NCBI GenBank assembly: GCA_963725665.1
Contig: CAVRZA010000001.1
Location: forward strand, 416,001-480,000
Direction: 5' to 3'
Length of the DNA: 64,000 bases
From: an uncultured Actinomycetes bacterium
GTDB taxonomy: Bacteria > Actinomycetota > Thermoleophilia > UBA2241
Shown one piece after another: positions 9,551-19,168 of the stretch. The notes under the pieces are model-generated. The model was given only the letters and a program-made list of their open reading frames with translations, was not told the origin of the DNA and did not search any database. Both the position numbers and the translations under genes were made by a program. Within the stretch, counting starts at the first letter, position 1; the number at the start of each line of letters is the position of its first letter.

Positions 9551-10393
9551 TCAGATCTTCAGCTCGTCGTCGAGAGCGGCGTCTACAACGGCCCCGACCG
9601 TGCAGCCGCAGACGGCTCTCTGCTCGCGGTAGACATCGAAGGCCTCGTCGGCGGTGGCGTTGCCGTGCACCACGGCCCTCACCGCCTGGATCATGGCCGC
9701 CGGCGAGTCCGACTGGAAGATGTTGCGCCCCATGTCGACGCCCACGGCGCCGCCGGCGATGGCGTTGGCCGCCAGTTCCAGGGCCTCCAGCTCAGGCAGC
9801 TTCTTGCCCCCGGCCACCACTACCGGGACGGGACAGGTGGATGTCACCTTCTCGAAGTCGTCACAGTAGTAGGTCTTGACGACGTGAGCGCCCATCTCCG
9901 CGCAGATGCGGCTGGCGAGCGAGAGGTAGCGGGCGTCGCGGCCCATCGACTTGCCTACGGCGGTCACGGCCACCACGGGGATGCCGTAACGCTCGCCCTC
10001 GTCGACCAACCTGCCGAGGTTGGCGATGCTCTGGTGCTGATGCGGCGCGCCGACGAAGACCGACAGCGCCATGCCGGCGACGTTGAGGCGGATGCACTCC
10101 TCGATCGAGGTGATGATGGTCTCGTCCGAGAGGTCCTCCTGCAGCACGCTGGTGGCGCCGGAGACGCGCAGCACGATAGGTGTGCCGGTGTGCGAGGGGA
10201 TGCAGTTGCGCAACACACCACGCGTCAGCATCAGCGTGTCGGCGTAGTCGGCGAGCGGCGCGCATTGCGTCGAGGGATCCTCGAGGCCGCTGGTAGGGCC
10301 GAGGAAGTAGCCGTGGTCGATGGCGAGCATGACGGTGCGGCCGGTCTCCGGCCGGATGATGCGCGCGAGGCGGTTCTCGAGACCCCAAGACAT
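9551..10393 (-). CDS. lsrF: LsrF-like thiolase / class I aldolase family protein
   Basis: MSWGLENRLARII, MLAIDHGYFLGP, VKTYY, AGGKKLPE, GVDMGRNIFQS. Confidence 0.88.
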   Translation of the reverse strand: MSWGLENRLARIIRPETGRTVMLAIDHGYFLGPTSGLEDPSTQCAPLADYADTLMLTRGVLRNCIPSHTGTPIVLRVSGATSVLQEDLSDETIITSIEECIRLNVAGMALSVFVGAPHQHQSIANLGRLVDEGERYGIPVVAVTAVGKSMGRDARYLSLASRICAEMGAHVVKTYYCDDFEKVTSTCPVPVVVAGGKKLPELEALELAANAIAGGAVGVDMGRNIFQSDSPAAMIQAVRAVVHGNATADEAFDVYREQRAVCGCTVGAVVDAALDDELKI

Positions 10394-10581
10394 GACGTGT
10401 GACCTCCTGAGGGCCGGCCGGGCTTGGCCGCGGCGGCAGTCGTGGTGTAGCGACGCGGTCACCTCGCTCCGAGGTGGCGTCTGATACTACCAGACGGTGC
10501 CTCCCCGGGGCGACGATGAGCCCCGGGGTCTAGGGCTAGGGCGGCGAGCCAGGCGGTGTGTGGTGCGCGCGAGGGCTAGGA

Positions 10582-12723
10582 CTACGTCGGAGTGGAGGTC
10601 GGCTTCGGTGATGGTGGCTTCGTCGTCTTGGTGGGCGTCGGCGAGGGCTTGATGGTCTTGGTTACCGTCGGCGAGGGCTTGCCCTTGCCGCTCTTGCTCG
10701 GCGAGGGCGACGGCGAGGTGCTCTGCGGCGACGGGCTGATCGTCGAGTAGTGACCCTTCCACGGCTTCCAGATGGGCATGGCCACCGGCAGCGGGAAGTC
10801 GGGCAGGGGCTGGTGATCGAAGACCAGGTTGTAGAACTTGCCGAAGATCGGCACGCAGTAGGTCGCCCCCTGCACCCCGTACATGGGCGTGTTCTGGTCG
10901 AAGTAGCCCATCCACACCGCCGTTGCCAGCTTCGTGTTGAAGCCACAGAACCAGGCGTCGGTGGAGCTGTTGGTGGTACCGGTCTTGCCTGCTGAGACGC
11001 CCGAGTAGTAGGCCGGCATGGCGGCGGCGGTGCCGGCGCGGGTGTTCTGCTCGAGGATCTTCTGCACCGTGTAGGCCACGCCCTGCGAGAGCACGCGCTT
11101 GCCCTTCGTCTTCGACTTCTCGACGCGATGGTTGGGGAAGACCACTCTCTCGATGGCCTGCGGCTTGTGGTGGACGCCACCCGAGGCCAGGGTGGCGTAG
11201 GCGTCGGCCATCTCGAGCGGCGTGACGTCCTGGCCGCCGAGGACGATCGAGGGATAGGGGTAGAGGCGGGTCGTGATCCCCATCTTCTTCGCCACGGCGG
11301 CCACCTTCGCGGGACCGAGGTCGAGGCAGAGTTGCGCGTAGATAGTGTTGTCGGAGGCGAGGGTCGCCGACACCAGGTTCATGCGCCGGCTGCCGGTGCT
11401 GTGCTCGAACGTGTAGACGTCCCAGATGGGCGGGTTGCCGCCCGGGATGGGGATGTGCAGCGGGTGCGACGTGTAGTAGGTGGTGGCCGGGTTCGCGCCT
11501 TGCTCGACGACGGCGACGAGGGCAAAGGGCTTCATCGCCGACCCGGGCTGACGGTGAGCCTGGAACGTGACGTTGAACTTGGTCTTGCGCCAGTCGGTGC
11601 TTGCCGACATGGTGCGGATGAAGCCGTTGGCGGGGTCGATCGAAACGAGAGCTCCTTGCGGGCCCGACGGCAGGGTGCTCTTCAAGGAGTCGATGGCCTT
11701 GCGCTGCCAGTCGAGGTCGAGCGTCGTGTGGACCTTGAGGCCTCCCTCGAACGTCTCCCTCGCCCCGTAGCGTTTGATGAGCTCGCGTGTGACGTAGTCG
11801 ACGAAGTAGGCGGCCGGCCCTTTCTCTGTGCTCGGCGCCGACTTGAAGACCCCGAGCTTGGCCTTCTTCGCCCGGTCGGCTCGGTCCTGGGTGATGTAGC
11901 CCCTCGATGCCATCGCGTCGAGCACGAGGTTGCGGCGCTGCTTCACCACGCCGGGGTCGTAGATCGGCGAGTACTGCGAGGGGAACTTCGGCAGGGCGGC
12001 GAGCAGGGCGGCCTGCGGGAGGTCCACCTTGCTGATCGGCCTATGGAAGTAGGTCACGGCCGCCGCCTGCACGCCGTAGGCGCCGGCGCCGTAGTAGACA
12101 CTGTTGAGATACTCGGTGAGGATCTTGTCCTTGGACCACTTGCTCTCGAGCTGCCACGCCAGAACGGCCTCGCGGAGCTTCCGCGCCAGGCTCTGCTCGT
12201 CGCCCACGTAGGCGTTCTTCACGAACTGCTGGGTGATGGTGCTCGCGCCCTCGACCACGTGGCCAGCCTTGATGTCCTCCAAGAGGGCCCGCGCGACTCC
12301 CTCGAAGTCGACCCCGTGGTGCTGATAGAAGCGCTTGTCCTCGATCGCCACCGTGGCGTCCTTCATGACTTGCGGGATCTGCCCGCTCTTCACGATCACT
12401 CGATTGGTGTCGCCGTGGAGCTGAGCGATGACGACCCCGTGACGATCGTAGACGAACGTCGTCTGCGCGAGCACGGTGCGCTTGATGCTGTCGAGCTGCG
12501 GCAGGTTGCGCGACAAGGCCACGATGCTGCCCACGAACGCGGAGGCGAGCACGATGACGGCGAGCACGATGAGGATGATGATCAAGCGCCCCCAGTGGAT
12601 GCTGCCGTTGCGACGGGTGCGCCGGCGCCGGCCGCCGGAGCCGTAGCGCGTATAGCCTCGATCGCCTGATGTGGGGTGACGCTCGGTCAAGGGTCCCTGC
12701 TTTCGGGTTCCAGAGCCCGCCAT
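10582..12723 (-). CDS. Class A penicillin-binding protein (PBP1A family)
   Basis: EDKRFYQHHGVD, GASTITQQ, SAMK (SxxK), SDN, KTGT; Pro/Ser/Thr-rich tail. Confidence 0.95.
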   Translation of the reverse strand: MAGSGTRKQGPLTERHPTSGDRGYTRYGSGGRRRRTRRNGSIHWGRLIIILIVLAVIVLASAFVGSIVALSRNLPQLDSIKRTVLAQTTFVYDRHGVVIAQLHGDTNRVIVKSGQIPQVMKDATVAIEDKRFYQHHGVDFEGVARALLEDIKAGHVVEGASTITQQFVKNAYVGDEQSLARKLREAVLAWQLESKWSKDKILTEYLNSVYYGAGAYGVQAAAVTYFHRPISKVDLPQAALLAALPKFPSQYSPIYDPGVVKQRRNLVLDAMASRGYITQDRADRAKKAKLGVFKSAPSTEKGPAAYFVDYVTRELIKRYGARETFEGGLKVHTTLDLDWQRKAIDSLKSTLPSGPQGALVSIDPANGFIRTMSASTDWRKTKFNVTFQAHRQPGSAMKPFALVAVVEQGANPATTYYTSHPLHIPIPGGNPPIWDVYTFEHSTGSRRMNLVSATLASDNTIYAQLCLDLGPAKVAAVAKKMGITTRLYPYPSIVLGGQDVTPLEMADAYATLASGGVHHKPQAIERVVFPNHRVEKSKTKGKRVLSQGVAYTVQKILEQNTRAGTAAAMPAYYSGVSAGKTGTTNSSTDAWFCGFNTKLATAVWMGYFDQNTPMYGVQGATYCVPIFGKFYNLVFDHQPLPDFPLPVAMPIWKPWKGHYSTISPSPQSTSPSPSPSKSGKGKPSPTVTKTIKPSPTPTKTTKPPSPKPTSTPT

Positions 12724-12798
12724 TCTACAGGACTGGGCCGCTTCCCTTCCGGTGTTCGACGCGCGGGGGCCATGGGAGCTTCGTTCTGTCGGGCAGGC

Positions 12799-12849
12799 GA
12801 CGGCCTCGCGCGCGGGCCGGCGTCACGCCGGCCCGCGCGCGAGGCCGTC
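12799..12849. terminator. Perfect 24-bp inverted repeat centred on the tatC stop codon
   Basis: GACGGCCTCGCGCGCGGGCCGGCG-TCA-CGCCGGCCCGCGCGCGAGGCCGTC. Confidence 0.65.
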
Positions 12850-13602
12850 CTCGGTCTCGCCGAGCCGCTCCTTGGGTTGTACGAACTTCGCTATCACCAC
12901 GGAGATCTCGTAGAGGATCAGCAGCGGAAGGAACATGGCGATCATCGAGAACGCGTCCTGGCTCGGCGTGGCCACCGCGGCGACGATCGCCATGACTAGG
13001 ATCGCGTACTTGCGGTTGCGTCGCAGCCACTTGGCGTCGACGATGCCGAGGCGTGCGGCGAGCACGATGACGACGGGCAGCTCGAACACGAGGCCGAACG
13101 CCAGCAAGAAGGTGGCCGAGAAGGTGAAGTAGTCGGTGGCCCTGTTCTGCACGTTGAAGTAGGAGTCGTTGAACGACAGAAGCCAGGATAGGCCTCTCGG
13201 GAGCACGAAGAGGTACCCGAAGACGACCCCGAAGAGGAAGAGGCCGGTGCAGGCTGCCGCGACGGGGTAGAGGTACTTCTTCTCCGACGGCGCGAACGCC
13301 GGGCCGACGAAGGCCCAGAACTCGTAGATGATCACGGGCGAAGCCATGATGATGCCCATGTAGACCCACACCTTGAGGCTGACCATGAAGGGCTCGGCCG
13401 GGCTGAAGGTCGTGATCTTGCGCGCCGACTCGGGCACGTTGACCTGATCGAGCGGCGCCAGCAGCAGGTGGAAGACGAGCTTGTTGAACACGGCGGCGAG
13501 GGTCACTCCTACCAGAAGCGACGCGCCGCTGATAATGATGCGAGTACGTAGCTCATCGAGGTGCTCGATGAGCGTCATGCGCTCGTCGTGACCGGCTACC
13601 AC
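12823..13602 (-). CDS. tatC: Twin-arginine translocase subunit TatC
   Basis: MTLIEHLDELRTRII, SPAEPF, FGLVFELP, ATPSQD. Confidence 0.96.
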   Translation of the reverse strand: MVAGHDERMTLIEHLDELRTRIIISGASLLVGVTLAAVFNKLVFHLLLAPLDQVNVPESARKITTFSPAEPFMVSLKVWVYMGIIMASPVIIYEFWAFVGPAFAPSEKKYLYPVAAACTGLFLFGVVFGYLFVLPRGLSWLLSFNDSYFNVQNRATDYFTFSATFLLAFGLVFELPVVIVLAARLGIVDAKWLRRNRKYAILVMAIVAAVATPSQDAFSMIAMFLPLLILYEISVVIAKFVQPKERLGETEDGLARGPA

Positions 13603-13663
13603 GGGTGACTACCTCGCGACCAAGCGTGAGTACCTAAAGCACGGTTCTGGCGACCGCCGCGCG

Positions 13664-14121
13664 TCAGCCGGCGACCGTCTGTGCCGGGTGGTCCGCCTCT
13701 TCGCTCACGACCTCGCCCTCGACCACCTCGGGCGCATCGGCGTCGGCCGCCTCCGGCCCCGGCGCCTGCGCATCGGCGTCGACCGCCTCCGGCCCCGGTG
13801 CGCGCATCGGCGTCGACTGCCTCCGGGGTCGGTACCTGCGCATCCGCGTCGACTGCCGCCACGGGTCGTCTCCGCGACGGTCGTCTCCGCCACGGGGACC
13901 GTCGCGGCCGCGGGCCGGACGTCGCCCCCGGTCTCTTTGTCCTTGTCGTCCTTGTCCTCGAGCGAGAGATCGAAGTGGTCCTGGATCTCGCTTGTCGCCT
14001 TCCGGAACTCGCGCAGTCCCTTGCCGAGCTGGCGTCCCATGTCGGGGAGGCGCTTCGGGCCGAAGATGACCAGAGCGATCACGAGGACGATGAGGAGTTC
14101 TGGCCAACCGATGCTGGGCAT
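13664..14121 (-). CDS. tatA: TatA/TatB-family subunit with an acidic repeat tail (apparent frameshifts in the tail)
   Basis: [41 protein letters not shown]. The tail [12 protein letters not shown]...[11 protein letters not shown] continues across frames. Confidence 0.85.
13733..13860. repeat. 36-bp tandem repeat, about 3.6 copies (one copy 34 bp)
   Basis: Units begin CGCATC(G/C)GCGTCG at 13733, 13769, 13803 and 13839. Confidence 0.85.
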
Positions 14122-14490
14122 CTACCTACGCTCCTTGCCTCTTGGACGGTCAGACTATAGTAGGCGCGTGAACGGCCGGGCGCAACGACGCCGCCCGTGT
14201 ACGCCCAGCCTCCCGTCCGCTACCTGCGACGTCCTGTCCTGAGTGTCGTACTGCACCCCTCTGCACCGTCCGAGCTTCAGAGGAAATGCCTGCTTAGGGC
14301 GGCGACTGGGGAGATTGCAGGGGGCTCCGCCAGGCTTGCCGACGATCGACCGCCTCTGCTATAGTCCCGCTGCGCTTCGTGTTCCGCGGCACCGGCGCAA
14401 TCCTTCTTCTGTACGATGCCGACGTCCAGTTCGGGAGCCTGGTCTCATTGCGCGATGCCGCTCGATAGGTAGAATGCGCGACACCGTCTT

Positions 14491-14859
14491 ATGACCACTG
14501 CATACCTCACCAGTTGGCTGTACGTGGCAGCCTTCATGCTGTCGGGCGTCGTCATGGTCGTGGCCATACTCGCCATCTCGGCCATCGTCAATCCGAGCCA
14601 CCCGTCGGCGGTGAAGTACGCCACCTACGAGTGCGGCATCGAGCCCGTCGGCACGCCGTGGTCGCCGTTCGCCGTGCGCTACTACATCTTCGCCCTGCTG
14701 TTCCTGGTCTTCGACGTCGAGGCCGTGTTCCTGTTTCCCTGGACCCTGGTCTTCCGCGAGCTGGGGACGGCCGGCTTCGTCGAGGTCGTCTTCTTCATCC
14801 TCGTGCTCGTCGTCGGGCTGGTCTACGCCTGGCGGAAGGGGGTCCTGGAGTGGGTTTGA
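14491..14859 (+). CDS. nuoA: NADH-quinone oxidoreductase subunit A
   Basis: [36 protein letters not shown]; TAGAAT at 14470. Confidence 0.97.
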   Translation: MTTAYLTSWLYVAAFMLSGVVMVVAILAISAIVNPSHPSAVKYATYECGIEPVGTPWSPFAVRYYIFALLFLVFDVEAVFLFPWTLVFRELGTAGFVEVVFFILVLVVGLVYAWRKGVLEWV

Positions 14860-15413
14860 AGGACGGCCGCCGCTACCCCAAGCTCGAGGACTTCCAGCAC
14901 CCGAACATCATCGTCACCACCGCCGACCTGGTCTTCAACTGGGCACGTTCGCGGTCGATCTTCCCGTTCACATATGGACTCGCCTGTTGCGCCATCGAGA
15001 TGCTCTCGTCGGGTTTCGCGCGCTTCGACATCGCGCGCTTCGGCTGGGAGGTGTTCCGGCCGACGCCCCGGCAGTGCGACCTCATGATCGTGGCCGGCAC
15101 GGTCAACGAGAAGATGGCGCCTGTCCTGAAGCGCCTCTACGACCAGATGGCGGAACCCAAGTGGGTCATCTCGATGGGTGCCTGCGCCACCAGCGGGGGT
15201 CCCTTCTACGACGGCTACAACGTCGTCAACGGGGTCGACAAGATCGTCCCCGTCGACGTGTACATCCCTGGCTGCCCGCCGCGCCCTGAGGCGCTCTTCC
15301 AGGGCATGCTCGAGCTACAGAAGAAGATAAAGACGATGAGCTTCGTGAACGCGGACGGCGCGACTCCTGATGGCGCGGACGCGGCCGACGAGAGCGCGCG
15401 GAGCGCGACGTAG
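14850..15413 (+). CDS. nuoB: NADH-quinone oxidoreductase subunit B
   Basis: [30 protein letters not shown]. Confidence 0.97.
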   Translation: MGLKDGRRYPKLEDFQHPNIIVTTADLVFNWARSRSIFPFTYGLACCAIEMLSSGFARFDIARFGWEVFRPTPRQCDLMIVAGTVNEKMAPVLKRLYDQMAEPKWVISMGACATSGGPFYDGYNVVNGVDKIVPVDVYIPGCPPRPEALFQGMLELQKKIKTMSFVNADGATPDGADAADESARSAT

Positions 15414-15422
15414 GGCGGCCGC

Positions 15423-15917
15423 GTGGGTCTTGAGATCGGCATCGTGCGGGCGTCCATGGACGAGATCGGGGAGCGTCTGACGGCGGCGTTCGGCGACGAG
15501 CTGAGCGATCTGCGCGTGCAGGAGCCCGACACGCTGGTCTGCCGCGTCGCCCGCGAGCACCTGCACGACGTCGCGCAGCGCCTGAAGGACCTGCCGGAGC
15601 TCGGCTACCCGACGTGCAACTGGGTCGCCGGCGTCGACTTCACGACGCACCTCGAGAGCGTCTACCACCTCTACTCCTGGAGCACCAACAGCTACCTCGA
15701 GATACACGTGGAGATCCCGCGCGACGACGCGCTGTGCGACAGCGTCTGCGACCTCTTCCCAGCGGCTGACTGGCACGAACGAGAGGCGTGGGACATGGTC
15801 GGCATTCGCTACGCGGGGCACCCCGACCTGCGCCGCATCCTGCTCAGGGACGACTTCATCGGTCATCCCTTGCGCAAGGACTACGTCGACCTGATCGAGA
15901 ACCATCCGCATGCCTGA
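15423..15917 (+). CDS. nuoC: NADH-quinone oxidoreductase subunit C
   Basis: WHEREAWDMVGI, GHPDLRRIL, GHPLRKDY. Confidence 0.95.
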   Translation: MGLEIGIVRASMDEIGERLTAAFGDELSDLRVQEPDTLVCRVAREHLHDVAQRLKDLPELGYPTCNWVAGVDFTTHLESVYHLYSWSTNSYLEIHVEIPRDDALCDSVCDLFPAADWHEREAWDMVGIRYAGHPDLRRILLRDDFIGHPLRKDYVDLIENHPHA

Positions 15918-17130
15918 GCCGATCGTCGAGTCATCCATCTTCAGCGAGGCTCCCGACGAGGCCATCAGGCTCGCCATCAGGCGGGTCATGAACGAGCAGT
16001 CGGTCAGCGACCTCGAAGGCCTCGAGCTCGACACCGTCATCGTCAACATGGGGCCGCAGCACCCCTCGACGCACGGGGTGCTGCGTCTCGTGGTCACGCT
16101 TGACGGCGAGCTGATCCGCGACGTCATCCCCGTCATCGGTTACCTGCACCGCTGCAAGGAGAAGCTGGCCGAGAAGCGCACCTACTACCAGTACATCCCC
16201 ATCATCGACCGCACCGAGTACCTCGCCAGCATGAACTGCGAGTGGGGCTACGTGATGACCGTCGAGAAGCTGGCCGGCATCCGACCGACGCGGCGGGCGG
16301 AGTTCGTGCGCGTCATCGTCGGCGAGCTGATGCGCATCGCCAGCCATCAGGTCGCCGTCGGCACCTTCGTCGCCGACCTCTCGCCACTGGGCACGGCGAT
16401 GGTCTTCTACACCTTCCGCGACCGCGAGAGGATCCTCGACCTGCTTGAGGCCGTCAGCGGGGCGCGCATGATGTTCAACTACTTCCGCTTCGGGGGCGTG
16501 CGCTTCGACCTGCCCGACGGCTGGGTCGAGAAGTGCCGCGAGGTGCTCGCCGACCTGCCCCGGCACATCGACGAGTACGAGAACCTCGTGAACGACAACG
16601 CCATCTTCCTGCAGCGCTGCATCGGCAAGGGCGTGATCACCCAGCAGGACGTCGTCGACTACGCCATCACGGGCCCCAACGCGCGCGCCTCGGGCGTCGC
16701 CACCGACCTGCGCCGCACGCGGCCCTACTCGGTCTACCCGGAGCTCGACTTCGACGTCTGCTTGGGCGAGCACGGCGACGTCTACGACCGGTACAAGGTG
16801 CGCATCGATGAGATGCGCCAGTCGGTGAAGATAGTCTCTCAGTGTCTCGACATGCTGCCCAAGGGGCCGGTCCAGCTCGGCACCCTGAGGGCGCCCTACA
16901 CGCTGACGCCGCCTCCGGGCTCGGCCTACGTGGGGCAGGAGAACCCGCGCGGTGAGTACGGCACCTACATCGTCAGCGACGGCTCGCGCTACCCCTACCG
17001 TCTCAAGTTCCGCGACCCGTGCTTCATCAATCTGCAGATCTTCCCCAAGGTGCTGCGCGGCGTGAAGATCGCCGACGCCATCGCCATCTCGGGCAGCTTC
17101 GACATGGTGCTGGGAGGGATCGACCGCTAG
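15910..17130 (+). CDS. nuoD: NADH-quinone oxidoreductase subunit D
   Basis: NMGPQHPSTHGVLRL, GYLHR, ENPRGE, C-terminal IDR. No NiFe CxxC motifs. Confidence 0.96.
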   Translation: MPEPIVESSIFSEAPDEAIRLAIRRVMNEQSVSDLEGLELDTVIVNMGPQHPSTHGVLRLVVTLDGELIRDVIPVIGYLHRCKEKLAEKRTYYQYIPIIDRTEYLASMNCEWGYVMTVEKLAGIRPTRRAEFVRVIVGELMRIASHQVAVGTFVADLSPLGTAMVFYTFRDRERILDLLEAVSGARMMFNYFRFGGVRFDLPDGWVEKCREVLADLPRHIDEYENLVNDNAIFLQRCIGKGVITQQDVVDYAITGPNARASGVATDLRRTRPYSVYPELDFDVCLGEHGDVYDRYKVRIDEMRQSVKIVSQCLDMLPKGPVQLGTLRAPYTLTPPPGSAYVGQENPRGEYGTYIVSDGSRYPYRLKFRDPCFINLQIFPKVLRGVKIADAIAISGSFDMVLGGIDR

Positions 17131-18410
17131 TGGACCCCGCTCCCCGCAACCGGTTCCGCTATTGGCAATGGCTCCTGTTGGTCGCGCTCCTGGCCCTGGC
17201 GCTGGCCTGCCTTCTTCTCTACGCGATCGTGAAAGCGCCGCCGGGAGGCATCTGGAGCGCTATCGAGCCGTTCGTGCGCGCCGGCGTGGCGATCCTGATC
17301 GCGTACGCCGTCGTCTTCGTCGCGGCGCTCGTCAATATCCTCTTCGAGCGCCGCACGCTCGCCTTCATGCAGGACCGCCTGGGGCCCAACCGCACGGGGC
17401 CGCAGGGCGTCTTCCAGAGCATCGCCGACGCCCTCAAGATGATGGGCAAGGAGGACTTCTCGCCGGCGAAGGCCGACAAGATCCTCTTCACGCTGGCGCC
17501 GCTAATGGTGATGATCGGCGCCGTCTCCGTGCAGCTCGTGATCCCCTACACCAAGGGCTGGACGGGTCAGGACCTCAACGTCGGCCTCATCTACCTCGTC
17601 GCGATCACGAGCTTCACCGTGCTCTCGATCCTCGTCGGCGGCTGGGCCTCGCACAACAAGTACTCGCTCGTCGGGGCGCTGCGCGCCGGCGCGCAGATGG
17701 TCTCGTACGAGATCCCCATGATCCTCGCGCTGCTCGCCGTGGGCGCCATCGTCGGGTCCTGGAGCCTCAACGCCGTCGTGGCGTGGCAGGAGCACTACCA
17801 TTGGCTGATCTTCTACGCGCCGTTCACCTTCCTCCTCTTCTACATCGCCTCGATCGCCGAGCTGAACCGCGGCCCGTTCGACCTGCCCGAAGGCGAGTCC
17901 GAGCTGGTCGCCGGCTACAGCACCGAGTACGCCGCCATGCGCTTCGGCATGTTCTACCTCAACGAGTACGCGGGCATGACCATCATGTCGATGATCGTCG
18001 TCACGCTGTTCTTCGGCGGCTGGGAAGGCCCCTTCGCCGACGCTCTTACGATCGGCGGCGTCGCTGTCGTGCCGCTGCTCTGGTTCCTTCTCAAGACCTA
18101 CATCCTCGTGTTCGCCCTCGTGTGGGTGCGGCTCTCGCTCCCCCGCCTGCAGGTCGACCAGCTCATGAGCTTCGCCTGGAAGATCCTCATCCCCCTCGGC
18201 CTCGCCAACATCGGCGTGGTGGCGGCGATCATCCTCTGGGCGCCGCAGTGGAAGCTCTCCCTGGCCGCATACGGCTGGGTGGCGCTGCTGCTGTTCGTCG
18301 GTCTGTTCGACCCGGTCTTGCGCTGGCGGCTGCGCCGCCAGCGCGAACGGCAGCCCAAGGTGACCGAGGGCGCCGTCGGCATCGCATCGAGCGCGGCGGT
18401 GGGTGAGTAA
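17130..18410 (+). CDS. nuoH: NADH-quinone oxidoreductase subunit H (extra N-terminal hydrophobic segment)
   Basis: ERR...MQDRLGPNR, DALK, AQMVSYE, RGPFDLPEGESELVAGY, LPRLQVDQ. Confidence 0.96.
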   Translation: MDPAPRNRFRYWQWLLLVALLALALACLLLYAIVKAPPGGIWSAIEPFVRAGVAILIAYAVVFVAALVNILFERRTLAFMQDRLGPNRTGPQGVFQSIADALKMMGKEDFSPAKADKILFTLAPLMVMIGAVSVQLVIPYTKGWTGQDLNVGLIYLVAITSFTVLSILVGGWASHNKYSLVGALRAGAQMVSYEIPMILALLAVGAIVGSWSLNAVVAWQEHYHWLIFYAPFTFLLFYIASIAELNRGPFDLPEGESELVAGYSTEYAAMRFGMFYLNEYAGMTIMSMIVVTLFFGGWEGPFADALTIGGVAVVPLLWFLLKTYILVFALVWVRLSLPRLQVDQLMSFAWKILIPLGLANIGVVAAIILWAPQWKLSLAAYGWVALLLFVGLFDPVLRWRLRRQRERQPKVTEGAVGIASSAAVGE

Positions 18411-19168
18411 TGCTCGGCATGCTCAAGGCTATGCGCCAGACGATCGGCCATCTCGGGCAGAAGAAGATCACCGTGCAGTACCCCGACGAGCGCGAGCAGC
18501 TCGCCGAACGCAGCCGCGGTCTGTTCCGCGTAGTGGTCGACCCGACGAGCGACGACGCCCGCTGCCGGTCCTGCACCCTCTGCGAGACGAACTGCCCCGT
18601 GCAGGTCATCCGCGTCAACTACACCTCCAAGTACAAGCTGCCGCTGCCGAACCAGGCGCGCATCACCGAGCGCCGTCTCGACTCACAGCCCCAGGTCGAC
18701 CTCACACGACTCGATCCCATCGTCGAGGGCTACTTCGCCAGCGGCACTGGCATGATTGGGGTCTTGCAGCACACACAGGAGGAGTACGGGTACCTACCGC
18801 GCGCGGCGCTGCACGCGATAGCGCAACGCACCGGCACCTCGCTTGCGCAGATCTACGGCGTGGCGAGCTTCTACAACCAGTTCCGGCTGAGCCCGGTGGG
18901 CAAGTACTTGATCACCGTCTGCCAGGGCACCGCCTGCCATGTCGCCGGGGCGCCGTTGGTGACGGCCGCCTTCTCGGAAGAGCTCGACATCGCGCTGGAC
19001 GGCACCACCAAGGACCGCCTCTTCACCCTGCAGGCGGTCAACTGCGTGGGCGCCTGCGCCCTCGCGCCCGTCGTGAGGGTCGGCGATGACGATACCTACG
19101 GACGTATGACGCCCGACCTCGCGCGCAAGCTCGTGCGCGACCTGCGCGCGCAAGAGGGGCTCGAATGA
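18410..19168 (+). CDS. Fusion of the NuoI N-terminal half and a NuoE/HydC-like [2Fe-2S] subunit
   Basis: Residues 1-70: ITVQYPDERE...RSRG...CRSCTLCETNCP (NuoI-like, one motif only). Residues ~100-252: LQHTQEEYGYLP...GVASFY...VCQGTACHV...CVGACALAP. Confidence 0.9.
   Translation: MLGMLKAMRQTIGHLGQKKITVQYPDEREQLAERSRGLFRVVVDPTSDDARCRSCTLCETNCPVQVIRVNYTSKYKLPLPNQARITERRLDSQPQVDLTRLDPIVEGYFASGTGMIGVLQHTQEEYGYLPRAALHAIAQRTGTSLAQIYGVASFYNQFRLSPVGKYLITVCQGTACHVAGAPLVTAAFSEELDIALDGTTKDRLFTLQAVNCVGACALAPVVRVGDDDTYGRMTPDLARKLVRDLRAQEGLE

Noticed and set aside
13733-13860. CRISPR array (36-bp repeats)
   Set aside because: The units are head-to-tail without unique spacers, they are coding, and no cas genes are present.
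14850-17130. Group 4 [NiFe]-hydrogenase interpretation of nuoBCD
   Set aside because: NuoD lacks both Ni-binding CxxC motifs, ends in GGIDR, and keeps the quinone-site His/Tyr motifs.
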